From Trueperaceae bacterium (GTDB lineage Bacteria; Deinococcota; Deinococci; Deinococcales; Trueperaceae): a stretch of DNA of 35,372 bases. The stretch lies in contig JBBDRK010000046.1 in the NCBI GenBank assembly GCA_040905465.1, forward strand, positions 37,452 to 72,823. Direction: 5' to 3'. The position numbers and the translations under genes are program-made. Numbering within the stretch: position 1 is the stretch's first letter; each line of letters begins with the position of its first letter. Shown one piece after another: positions 18,688-27,175 of this stretch. The notes under the pieces were generated by a model, which saw only the letters and a list, made by a program, of their open reading frames with translations, was not told the DNA's origin and did not search any database.

Positions 18688-21018
18688 ATGACCACGGAAA
18701 GCAGCGGCACAAGCCGAATCCCAGACGACGAGAAACGTATAGTCGCCCCCAATTTCATCACCGAGATCGTCGAGGCCGACCTGCGTTCGGGGTGGGTCGA
18801 GCAGGTGGTCACCCGTTTCCCGCCCGAGCCGAACGGCTACCTGCATATCGGGCACCTCAAGGCGATAGTGCTGGCATTCGGCGTGGCGGACGACTACCGA
18901 GGCAGAACGAACCTGCGTTTCGACGACACCAACCCCACCACCGAAAGCGACGAGTACGTCCAGGCGATCAAGCGCGACATCGAGTGGCTGGGCTTCGAGT
19001 GGGACGAACAGGTGCACGCCTCCGACTACTTCGAGCGGCTCTACGGATACGCCGTCAAGCTGATCGAAAGTGGGAAGGCGTACGTGGACAGCCTGTCCGA
19101 GGCGGAAATCCGTGAGCACCGCGGCACGGTGACGGAAGCGGGGCGTCCCAGCCCCTATCGCGAACGTTCGCCCGCCGAGAACCTCGAGCTGTTCGGGCGG
19201 ATGCGGACCGGCGAGTTCGCCGAGGGCGCCCACGTTTTGCGGGCGAAGATAGATATGGCCTCACGCAACATGATCATGCGCGATCCGCTGCTCTACCGGA
19301 TCCGCCACGCCCACCACTACCGCACGGGCGACTCCTGGCACGTCTACCCGATGTACGACTTCGCCCATCCGCTATCCGACGCCATCGAGGGGGTGAGCCA
19401 CAGTCTGTGCACCCTCGAGTTCGAAAACAACCGAGAGTTCTACGACTGGCTTCTCGAGCAGGCCGTGCCGGAACCGCGCCCCCGTCAGTACGAGTTCGCG
19501 CGCCTGAACCTGGAGTACACGGTCCTGAGCAAGAGGCGCCTCATCGAGCTGGTCAAGGGGGGCTTCGTCAGCGGCTGGGACGACCCGCGCATGCCCACCG
19601 TGGCCGGCATGCGGCGCCGCGGCGTCACGCCCGAAGCGCTCCGCGACTTCGTCAACCGGGTCGGTGTCACCCGCTCCGGCAGCCGCACCGACATGGCGCT
19701 GCTCGAGCACAGCATCAGGGACGACCTCAACTCCAAGGCGCCCCGAGTCCTGGCCGTCATCGACCCGCTCAGGGTGGTACTGAGCAACTATCCGACCGGC
19801 TCGAGCGAAGAGCTGGCGGCCCCCTACTGGCCGCACGACGTTCCCAGAGAGGGCAGTCGACCGGTCCGGTTCGCTCGTGAACTGTTCATCGAGCGGGCCG
19901 ATTTCGCCGAGTCGCCTCCCAAGGGCTGGCGCCGTCTCTCGCCCGGAACAGTGGTCCGCTTGCGGCACGGCTACGTGATCCGCTGTGACGAGGCGAAAAA
20001 GGACGACCAGGGCAACGTGACCGAGCTGATCTGCAGTTACGATACCGATACCCTGAACCGCAATCCGCAGGGCCGGCCGGTGCGAGGCACGATTCATTGG
20101 GTCGATGCCCACAGCGCGGTGCCGGCCGAGTTCCGGCTCTATGACCGCTTGTTCGTTTCGCCCGATCCGGCGGACAGCGAGGACGAGTTCAGCGAGCGCA
20201 TCAATTCGGACTCGCTGGTGGTGCGCCACGGCCTGGTGGAGGCGAGCCTCGGCGCCGACGCTGCCCAGGCGGGGACCGAGCGACGTTACCAGTTCGAGCG
20301 GCTCGGCTACTTCTGGCCGGATCCGGAGGACTCTCGCCCCAGTTCACTGGTGTTCAACCGGATCGTCACCCTCAAGGACTCCTGGGAACGGATGAGGAGC
20401 GACACACGGACGGCCGCCGCCAAGGCGGACCCGCCGGCAACCCGTAAGGCGGCTCCGAGCGAGCCGATCGCCGAACTGACCGCTGAACAGAGGGCTCTTT
20501 ACAGTCGGTACCGCGATACTCTGGGCGTGGACGAACACGATTCGCTGTTGCTGGCCACCGACGACGCTCTCGCGCGCTTCTTCGAAGCCGCCGTGAGCCG
20601 CCACGACAACCCCGGCCGCGTCGCCAACTGGATAGTCAACGAGCTGCTGCGCGAGCTCAAGGGCCGCTCACTCGGCGAACTGCCCTTGACGCCGGAGGGC
20701 CTGGCCGACCTCGTTGGCCTCATCGACTCTGGAACGATCTCCGCCAGAGCGGGCAAGGAGGTTTTCGCGGCGATGCTGGCCAGCGGCGAATCGCCCGGTA
20801 AGATCGTGGAGATGCGCAGCCTGCGCCAGCTGAGCGACGAGAGCGCGATCGCGCCGATCGTCGAGCGCCTGTTGGCCGCCAACCCCGAGAAGGTGAGGGC
20901 CTACCGCGAAGGCAAGACCGGCCTGTCGGGCTTCTTCGTGGGCCAGGTGATGCGCGAGACCGGCGGCCGCGCCAATCCCCAGCTGGTCAAGGACGTGCTC
21001 GAGCGCGAACTGACTTAG
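18688..21018 (+). CDS. glnS: Glutamine--tRNA ligase with C-terminal YqeY/GatB-like domain
   Basis: TRFPPEPNGYLHIGH, LRFDDTNP, HSLCTLEF, LSKR, GWDDPRMPT, FERLGYF. C-terminal GFFVGQVMRETGGRANP is YqeY-like; this architecture is known from Deinococcus. Confidence 0.97.
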   Translation: MTTESSGTSRIPDDEKRIVAPNFITEIVEADLRSGWVEQVVTRFPPEPNGYLHIGHLKAIVLAFGVADDYRGRTNLRFDDTNPTTESDEYVQAIKRDIEWLGFEWDEQVHASDYFERLYGYAVKLIESGKAYVDSLSEAEIREHRGTVTEAGRPSPYRERSPAENLELFGRMRTGEFAEGAHVLRAKIDMASRNMIMRDPLLYRIRHAHHYRTGDSWHVYPMYDFAHPLSDAIEGVSHSLCTLEFENNREFYDWLLEQAVPEPRPRQYEFARLNLEYTVLSKRRLIELVKGGFVSGWDDPRMPTVAGMRRRGVTPEALRDFVNRVGVTRSGSRTDMALLEHSIRDDLNSKAPRVLAVIDPLRVVLSNYPTGSSEELAAPYWPHDVPREGSRPVRFARELFIERADFAESPPKGWRRLSPGTVVRLRHGYVIRCDEAKKDDQGNVTELICSYDTDTLNRNPQGRPVRGTIHWVDAHSAVPAEFRLYDRLFVSPDPADSEDEFSERINSDSLVVRHGLVEASLGADAAQAGTERRYQFERLGYFWPDPEDSRPSSLVFNRIVTLKDSWERMRSDTRTAAAKADPPATRKAAPSEPIAELTAEQRALYSRYRDTLGVDEHDSLLLATDDALARFFEAAVSRHDNPGRVANWIVNELLRELKGRSLGELPLTPEGLADLVGLIDSGTISARAGKEVFAAMLASGESPGKIVEMRSLRQLSDESAIAPIVERLLAANPEKVRAYREGKTGLSGFFVGQVMRETGGRANPQLVKDVLERELT

Positions 21019-21035
21019 GGGGAACTGACCTAGGG
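21007..21035 (+). repeat. 15-nt tandem duplication spanning the glnS stop codon
   Basis: GAACTGACTTAGGG (21007-21020) and GAACTGACCTAGGG (21022-21035); one mismatch. Confidence 0.8.
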
Positions 21036-21190
21036 CGCTCAACTGCCGCGCCGTCAGTCCGGGCCGTTCTCCCTCAACTCGCGCTCCCCTTCGTCGCTGA
21101 GCAGGTAGACCTCGCCTGCCGGCCGCCGCTTCACCGTAGACGATCCCCAACTACCTCCCGGCATTCAGGCGGCGGCCCCGTCGCCACCCG

Positions 21191-22693
21191 TCATCCCTGC
21201 CCTGCGACCTCGGGCTGAACGAACGCCGCCAGCGCCTCTTTGATGCGCGCCAGCGACCTCTCCTGGACGTACATCATGTGGCCGGCCTCGTAGTACGAGG
21301 TGCTGAGGTTGCGCCGTAGGTCGGGTTCGAGCGCCAGGTGGTCGATCGTGTACTCGCTGGCGAAATAGGGGGTTGCGAGGTCGTAGAAGCCGTTGGCGAC
21401 GTGCACGCGCAGCCTCGGGTTCATGCTCATCGCCTTACGCAGCGTCTCGGCGACGTTCACGTAGCGGTTCTCGAACTCCTTGTAGCTCCAGTCCTGGTAG
21501 AGATTGGCGAGGATCTCGTAGGGCAGGTCGTTGGTGTAGCCGAGCTCGCTTCGCAAATAGTGGTTGAGCGCAGCCGTGTACGGCCCCTGAATCGCCGAGT
21601 AGGCGGGATCGTACTCGAAGCTCTCGCCGCCGGCGTCGCGGTCGCTGCCGAGGTAGCGGCTGTCCAGCCTGCCCACGGTCTTGCGCTGGTCTCGCAGCAA
21701 CTCCTTCACGAACCGGGAGATGGGCACGCGGAGGTCGTTGGCCTCGACGAAGCCCTCGCTCAGTCCGGTGAAGCGGGCGAGCTCCCGGGCGACCCGGGAA
21801 CGATCGGCTACCGGCAACGATGCTCCGCGAAGGAGTGCCGGGGCGTACCGCTCGCGGGCGAACTCCTCCACCCGGTCGAGCAGTGCGCGCAGCGGCAGCG
21901 CCTGCAGCTCCTCGTCGAGCCGCTTGTGATAGTGGGCAGTGGCCGTGTAGGTGGGCAGGAACAGCAGCGGCGGCAGATCGTTGCCGGGTCCGAACTGGAG
22001 GGTGGCGAAGTCCAGGACCGAGGAGATCAGCATCAGACCCGAAAGATAAAGACCATGACGCTGTTGCAGGTGGCCCGCCAGGCCGGCCGCACGGGTGGTG
22101 CCGTAGCTTTCTCCCGCGAGGTACTTCGGTGACGGCCAGCGACCGTTGCGGCTGCACCAGAGCCGGATCACCTCGCCTACCGACGCGATATCCCTGGTGA
22201 ACCCGTGAAACTCCTTGGGCTTCTCCCCCTTCAACGCCCGGCTGAAACCGGTGGAAACCGGATCGATGAATACCAGGTCGCTCACGTCGAGCAGCGAATG
22301 CTCGTTGTCGCGCAGCTCGCCGTCGAGCGCGACCGGGAAGCCTTCCGCGTCGAGCGTCACTCGCCTTGGTCCGAGCATACCGAGATGCAGCCAGACCGAG
22401 GAGGAACCGGGCCCACCGTTGAAGCAGAAGGTGACGGGGCGCTTGCCGGGATCGGCCGCATCGTCGCGCGTGTAGCTGACCACGAACACCTCGGCACGCG
22501 CCCTGGCGCCCTCGGACAGGTCGGCACGCTCTCCCTGACCGAGCGTCTCCTCTCGCAGCACCAATGTGCCGGCAGTTGCCGTGTAGGGAACGTGGGCACC
22601 GCCGACCCGCACGTGATGGCGCGTGATCTTCAAGTCGTCGCGCGGTTCGAGGCTGGGCGCCGGGGCGGCAGTCGCTGGACTCTGCTCAGGCAT
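21191..22693 (-). CDS. Peptidase S10 family serine carboxypeptidase
   Basis: FNGGPGSSS, FIDPVSTGFS, catalytic GESYG, G.YDLATP, YEAGHMMY. GGAG RBS upstream. Confidence 0.95.
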   Translation of the reverse strand: MPEQSPATAAPAPSLEPRDDLKITRHHVRVGGAHVPYTATAGTLVLREETLGQGERADLSEGARARAEVFVVSYTRDDAADPGKRPVTFCFNGGPGSSSVWLHLGMLGPRRVTLDAEGFPVALDGELRDNEHSLLDVSDLVFIDPVSTGFSRALKGEKPKEFHGFTRDIASVGEVIRLWCSRNGRWPSPKYLAGESYGTTRAAGLAGHLQQRHGLYLSGLMLISSVLDFATLQFGPGNDLPPLLFLPTYTATAHYHKRLDEELQALPLRALLDRVEEFARERYAPALLRGASLPVADRSRVARELARFTGLSEGFVEANDLRVPISRFVKELLRDQRKTVGRLDSRYLGSDRDAGGESFEYDPAYSAIQGPYTAALNHYLRSELGYTNDLPYEILANLYQDWSYKEFENRYVNVAETLRKAMSMNPRLRVHVANGFYDLATPYFASEYTIDHLALEPDLRRNLSTSYYEAGHMMYVQERSLARIKEALAAFVQPEVAGQG

Positions 22694-22735
22694 GATTCTC
22701 CTTTGGGTCAGCCAACCACCAGCGGGTGACGCAGA

Positions 22736-23404
22736 CTAACGGGCGTCCGACAGCGCCGAGAAGGTCTCGGGCGGCGTGAGCACGCGCCAGTTCCAGTTAC
22801 CATCGCGCCTGGGAGGGAAGATGACCCCTGCAGCCCGGCCGGTGATAGAGGACTCCTCGATCGGTCCGTAGAGGCGGGAATCGGCACTGTTGCGCCGGTT
22901 GTCGCCTAGGACGAAGTATTCATCGTCGTCCAGCACGGTCGGCGCCATCGAGGCGGACCCGAGGGCGCCACCGTGGGCAGTGATGAACGTCTCGCTGAGC
23001 CGCACCCCGTTGACTGTGACACGGCCTGCCCGGATCTCGACAGTGTCCCCCGGCAAGCCCACGACGCGCTTCACCACCAGTACTCGCCGGCCATTCACCA
23101 GGGGCGAATCAGCCGGCTCCCGTGCGATTATTATCTCGCCTCGCCGGTACGGCCCCATGACCCCCAGTCTTCGCAGCCAGGTCTCGTATTTCGGAACGAA
23201 CAGACGGTCGCCGTGCATCAGCGCGTCGAGCCGTCCCTGGCCGCCCGTGAGAGTCGGTTCCATCGAGGAGCCGGCGACGCCGAGCGAGGTAATCAGAAAG
23301 GTGGTGATGACCAACGCCAATGTGAAGGCGCCGAGGTACCCCCTCGCCTCACGCATGAGAATTCCGGCCAATGTGCTGCCGTTGGATCGTGCGGATTCTG
23401 CCAC
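22736..23404 (-). CDS. lepB: Signal peptidase I
   Basis: N-terminal TM, GSSMEPTL (Ser), VKRVVGLPGD (Lys), YFVLGDNRRNSADSR..G. Start is uncertain (GTG 23404 or ATG 23356). Confidence 0.93.
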   Translation of the reverse strand: MAESARSNGSTLAGILMREARGYLGAFTLALVITTFLITSLGVAGSSMEPTLTGGQGRLDALMHGDRLFVPKYETWLRRLGVMGPYRRGEIIIAREPADSPLVNGRRVLVVKRVVGLPGDTVEIRAGRVTVNGVRLSETFITAHGGALGSASMAPTVLDDDEYFVLGDNRRNSADSRLYGPIEESSITGRAAGVIFPPRRDGNWNWRVLTPPETFSALSDAR

Positions 23405-23431
23405 CGGCAGCTACGTTAACACCTCTGTCGC

Positions 23432-23677
23432 TCAGCTGCGAACAGTGCCACCGCCTTGAGCGCCCGTCTGGGCGTCGAGCGTGAAACCGACCTTTATGGT
23501 GACCTGGTAGTGGGCGACTCGCCCGTTTTCTATATGGCCCCTGGTCTCCATTACCTCGAACCAGCGCATGTTGCGCACCGTCTCCGATGCACGGGCGACC
23601 GCCCGGGCGATGGCGTCCTCTATGCCTTTCTCCGAGGAGCCGGTCAGCTCGATCTTCTTGTAGACATGATCGTTCAT
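23432..23677 (-). CDS. Dodecin (flavin-binding protein)
   Basis: [61 protein letters not shown] before ATG 23677. Confidence 0.95.
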   Translation of the reverse strand: MNDHVYKKIELTGSSEKGIEDAIARAVARASETVRNMRWFEVMETRGHIENGRVAHYQVTIKVGFTLDAQTGAQGGGTVRS

Positions 23678-23982
23678 GGCACTCCCTTCGCCCGGACCGA
23701 ACCGGGTCACTGCCGCCGTGCAGCGGGCGGCGGCTCCAGTCGAGCGGGGCCACCAACGGTCGGCGGTCGCATCGGTCGCGAGGCTCGGCGGACGCGCCCA
23801 AGCTAGCGCATGGCCACTATCGTCGACGGTGCCTTGGGACACAGCGGCCAAGCGAGGCTAGCGGGCCAAAAAGCCAGGCGTGCGGGGCACAAACCGTGCA
23901 CGCCCCGAACGCGCGCGACCGGCGGTCTCACGGGAGACGGCCAGCTCCGGTACCACGCGCGTCGTCGCGGCTCGATGCGGCG

Positions 23983-24013
23983 AAAAAAGGAGCCGGGCAA
24001 ATGCCCGGCTCCT
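23983..24013 (-). terminator. Rho-independent terminator of the cold-shock gene
   Basis: Minus strand GGAGCCGGGCA-TT-TGCCCGGCTCC followed by TTTTTT, 23 nt after the csp stop. Confidence 0.9.
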
Positions 24014-24036
24014 CCGTGAGATTGCCGAATTGACGC

Positions 24037-24279
24037 TTAGTAGCGCTCGCGGCGGCCGGCCTGCGGCTCTGCTGCACGCACCACGGACACATTGCGGGCC
24101 TGCGGGCCCTTTTGCCCCTGGCCAACCTCGAACTCGACGACGTCGCCTTCGTTCAGGTTGCGATAACCGTCGCCCTGAATCGCGCTGAAGTGGACGAAAA
24201 GATCCGCTCCGCCATCATCTTGCTCGATGAAGCCGTAGCCCTTCTCGCCATTGAACCACTTGACTTTCCCTGTAGCCAT
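24037..24279 (-). CDS. Cold-shock protein (CspA family), copy 1
   Basis: [24 protein letters not shown] (RNP1/RNP2), GQKGPQA. Confidence 0.97.
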   Translation of the reverse strand: MATGKVKWFNGEKGYGFIEQDDGGADLFVHFSAIQGDGYRNLNEGDVVEFEVGQGQKGPQARNVSVVRAAEPQAGRRERY

Positions 24280-24402
24280 TCTTCATTCCTTACTGCCCGC
24301 AGCCGTCCCCACTCGGAGACCGTCGCAAAGGGACCACGAAGCACATCCGGGGCTTCTCCCGGTTACGAAAAACTACCCTTATGGCATTTCTCGAAACAAT
24401 TG

Positions 24403-24431
24403 AGAATAGTCGATGGGACTGGAGAATGCAA
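24403..24431 (-). promoter_or_regulatory. Sigma70-type promoter of csp copy 1
   Basis: TTGCAT (24431-24426), 17-nt spacer, TATTCT (24408-24403). Gives a roughly 115-nt 5' UTR, typical of csp genes. Confidence 0.7.
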
Positions 24432-24507
24432 GCCCTCCGGCACAAAAACCCACGCTGAGCGGGCAATTACGGAGGACCGAGTCGCACGCCGTCGATCAGT
24501 CAGCAGC

Positions 24508-24759
24508 TCAGTAGCGGGAGGAGCGGCCCCCGCGTCCACCGTCGCCCGGAGCGCTCTCCGTGACGGTAACGTTGTGAGCCTGTGGGCCCTTCTGGCCCTG
24601 CCCCACCTCGAACTCGACTACATCACCCTCGTTCAGGTTGCGATAACCCTCCCCCGCGATGGCACTGAAGTGAACGAACAGATCGGCGCCACCGTCGTCC
24701 TGCTCGATGAAGCCAAACCCCTTTTCCCCGTTGAACCACTTGACTTTACCTGTAGGCAT
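24508..24759 (-). CDS. Cold-shock protein (CspA family), copy 2
   Basis: [18 protein letters not shown]...DLFVHFSAI, nearly identical to copy 1. ATG at 24759; tail [12 protein letters not shown]. Confidence 0.96.
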   Translation of the reverse strand: MPTGKVKWFNGEKGFGFIEQDDGGADLFVHFSAIAGEGYRNLNEGDVVEFEVGQGQKGPQAHNVTVTESAPGDGGRGGRSSRY

Positions 24760-24857
24760 CCTCTTTCCAATCCACCCGCCCAATAGCCGGGTGCTGCGCT
24801 TTCCGGGTCTGCGACCCGTTTCCGAAAACGGTCTCGCGACGATTTCGGATCGCCTAG

Positions 24858-24887
24858 ATTTTAGGGGAAAGTCCATGCCGATTACAA
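24858..24887 (-). promoter_or_regulatory. Putative promoter of csp copy 2
   Basis: TTGTAA (24887-24882), 18-nt spacer, TAAAAT (24863-24858). Confidence 0.55.
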
Positions 24888-24903
24888 GAGCATCTGTACC
24901 AAC

Positions 24904-25452
24904 TCACGGTGACTCATCCGCATCCCGCAGCGGTATCAGGTGAAGCGACCGCGGCGGCGGAAACGACACGACACCGGCGGCGACCAGACGCCCATCGATC
25001 GGATTGAAGCTGCGCCAGCAGGCGTCGAACGCCGAGGCCAACTGGGACCCGCTGAGGCCCATCTCCAACGTGCAGTGTGGAATCCACTGACCGGGCCGGT
25101 AGAGCTGGCGCGATTCCAGCCCGGCCGGCCTCAGGCAGACGTGGAACCAGGAATGAAGCTCCAGCAAGGAGAGTGTCGGTACCGGGGCCAAGTACAGGAC
25201 TCCCTGCCCACTGGCGAATGAAGACACCGCACCGAGCCGGACTTTCGACTGCCAGGCTCCTTCTGCGAACTCGCTCACCACTCCTGCGAGCAGGTCGGCA
25301 TCGTCGGTCTCGACCACCGAGAGGCTGATATGGGGCCGGCTACCCTCTAGCGCCGGCGAGGGTGCGATACCGGCAGCATGTACCTCGCCGCGAAGTGCGG
25401 TCACGGCTTCCTCGGTGCGTGCGTCGAAGTACAGCTCGACTGCCAGTGCCAT
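24904..25452 (-). CDS. 2H phosphoesterase (2'-5' RNA ligase superfamily)
   Basis: Two HxS/T motifs, PHISL and PHCTL. GGAGG RBS before ATG 25452; TGcTAGGCT extended -10 upstream. Confidence 0.85.
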   Translation of the reverse strand: MALAVELYFDARTEEAVTALRGEVHAAGIAPSPALEGSRPHISLSVVETDDADLLAGVVSEFAEGAWQSKVRLGAVSSFASGQGVLYLAPVPTLSLLELHSWFHVCLRPAGLESRQLYRPGQWIPHCTLEMGLSGSQLASAFDACWRSFNPIDGRLVAAGVVSFPPPRSLHLIPLRDADESP

Positions 25453-25600
25453 GCGACCTCCCGCCGTCGGCATCCGAGCCTAGCACGACCTGGACGCGTC
25501 ATCGGAACCACCCTCACCGGCCCACCGCAACCGTTCCCTCACCGCGTCCCGCGAACACCATGCAGCCACCCTGGACCGAACACGGCGGATATCATCGGGC

Positions 25601-26029
25601 ATGACGAGCGCGTTGCACATCCGCCGATATCAGCCGACCGACGCAGATCCCGTGGTGGAGTTGTGGCAACGGTGTGAACTGGTGGTTCCCTGGAACGACC
25701 CCCACGAGGACATTGCTCGCAAGTCGAGCGTCCAACCCGAACTCTTCCTGGTCGGGACCGTAGCCGGCTTGCCGGTCGCAACCGTGATGGCCGGCTTCGA
25801 CGGGCATAGGGGCTGGCTCAACTATCTGGCCGTTTCCCCCGACCACCGTGGCCGCTCCTTCGGCCGCCGCATCGTTCAGGCCGCCGAGGAGCGGCTGGCG
25901 GCGCTCGGTTGCCCGAAGATCAACCTGCAGATCAGGGCGTCCAACCACGCAGTAGTCGACTTCTACCGTCGGCTCGGATACGGGGTCGATGAAGTCGTGA
26001 GCATGGGAAAACGGATGCCGACACCGTGA
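25601..26029 (+). CDS. GNAT acetyltransferase (YpeA-like)
   Basis: PWNDP..DI.RK, GFDGHRGWLNYLAV.PDHRGRSFG, GCPKINLQIR..N..VVDFYRRLGY. Confidence 0.92.
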   Translation: MTSALHIRRYQPTDADPVVELWQRCELVVPWNDPHEDIARKSSVQPELFLVGTVAGLPVATVMAGFDGHRGWLNYLAVSPDHRGRSFGRRIVQAAEERLAALGCPKINLQIRASNHAVVDFYRRLGYGVDEVVSMGKRMPTP

Positions 26030-26634
26030 GCATGCCGGACGTTCCCGCGAGCATCACCAGCGAACGCCTGACGATTCGCTGTCCCCGGGTCACTGACGTG
26101 CCCGAGATAGTGACCGCGGTCCGTGAGTCGTTGGAGGCGCTGGAGCCGTGGATGCGCTGGGCCACCCGGGACTACTCGGTCGACGCATGCGAGGCGAACA
26201 CCCGCCAGGCGATCGCTCGCTTCATCACCCGTCAGGATCTGCGCTACCACTTCCACGACAGGGCGACCGGCGAGTTGATAGGGAGCAGCGGCCTGCACAG
26301 GATCAATTGGCAGGTGCCGCGTTTCGAGATCGGCTATTGGGTGAGAACCAGCAAGGCCGGCCAGGGCTACGTGAGCGAAGCGGTCCACGCCCTCAGTAGA
26401 CTGGCTTTCGACCGGCTAGCCGCGAACCGGCTCGAAATCCGTTGCGACGATCTCAACGTAGCAAGTGCACGAGTCGCCGAGCGCTGCGGTTTCGAGCTTG
26501 ACGCCATCCTCTTCAACTGGCAACGAGCGGCGGACGGTTCCTTGCGTCACGAGCGCGTCTACGTGATGCTCGACCCGTCACTGCTCACCGAACCGGGCTC
26601 GCCGGTTCCGGCGGTCGACCCCACGCCTGGTTGA
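26026..26634 (+). CDS. GNAT acetyltransferase (RimJ/RimL-like)
   Basis: SERLTIR, EIGYWV....GQGYVSEAV, N.AS.RVAERCGF. GTGA overlap with the upstream GNAT. Confidence 0.92.
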   Translation: MSMPDVPASITSERLTIRCPRVTDVPEIVTAVRESLEALEPWMRWATRDYSVDACEANTRQAIARFITRQDLRYHFHDRATGELIGSSGLHRINWQVPRFEIGYWVRTSKAGQGYVSEAVHALSRLAFDRLAANRLEIRCDDLNVASARVAERCGFELDAILFNWQRAADGSLRHERVYVMLDPSLLTEPGSPVPAVDPTPG

Positions 26635-26695
26635 TGAGGGCCCTGGAATGGCCGAACCGCTGGCGTAACCGCCCCGGCGAGACCCCGATCCCGCC

Positions 26696-27115
26696 TCAGC
26701 CCCTTGTTTCCAGACCGAACGCCGCCAGCACCTCCGGCGGCGGAGCTTTCGGTTTGCCGCTCGCCGGATCGATCCAAACCCAGTCGGTTTTCACGTCGAC
26801 CAGCAGTTTGCCATCGCTGAGCCGCCGGACCTCGTTGTGGCGACTTGCCAGCGGGCCGCGCACGCGCACGATCCGGGTGGAGACCTCGATGCGGTCTCCC
26901 ACGTTGCCCGGCTGACGATAGGTAGCCACGTGCCGTCGCACTACCGGGAGCGCTCCCAGCGCCAGCATCTTCTCGGTGGGCATGCCCTGGCGCTCGGCGT
27001 GGGCGCGGCAGCAAGCCTCTACCCATTGCAGGAAAACGGCGTTGTTCACATGTCCCAGGTCGTCTATGTCGACATCTTCGACCAGCAATCGCTGCGAATA
27101 GGAGAGCGGATCCAT
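26696..27115 (-). CDS. Acyl-CoA thioesterase (4HBT/YbgC hotdog fold)
   Basis: DIDDLGHVNNAVFLQWVE motif. Alternative start at GTG 27172, adjacent to the addA stop. Confidence 0.9.
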   Translation of the reverse strand: MDPLSYSQRLLVEDVDIDDLGHVNNAVFLQWVEACCRAHAERQGMPTEKMLALGALPVVRRHVATYRQPGNVGDRIEVSTRIVRVRGPLASRHNEVRRLSDGKLLVDVKTDWVWIDPASGKPKAPPPEVLAAFGLETRG

Positions 27116-27175
27116 CAGCCTGGAGTTTGACACGGTCCCGGACTGTGAACGGTGAGTCTTGCCATTGGCCACCGT

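Noticed and set aside
20668-21150. 160-aa minus-strand ORF with a GGAGGT-TTG start
   Set aside because: Runs about 350 nt antisense into glnS and has no domain signal. Only the short remnant region is reported.
23915-23930. ACCGGCGGT word reminiscent of the FMN riboswitch near dodecin
   Set aside because: It is on the wrong strand for dodecin and the other conserved FMN blocks are absent.
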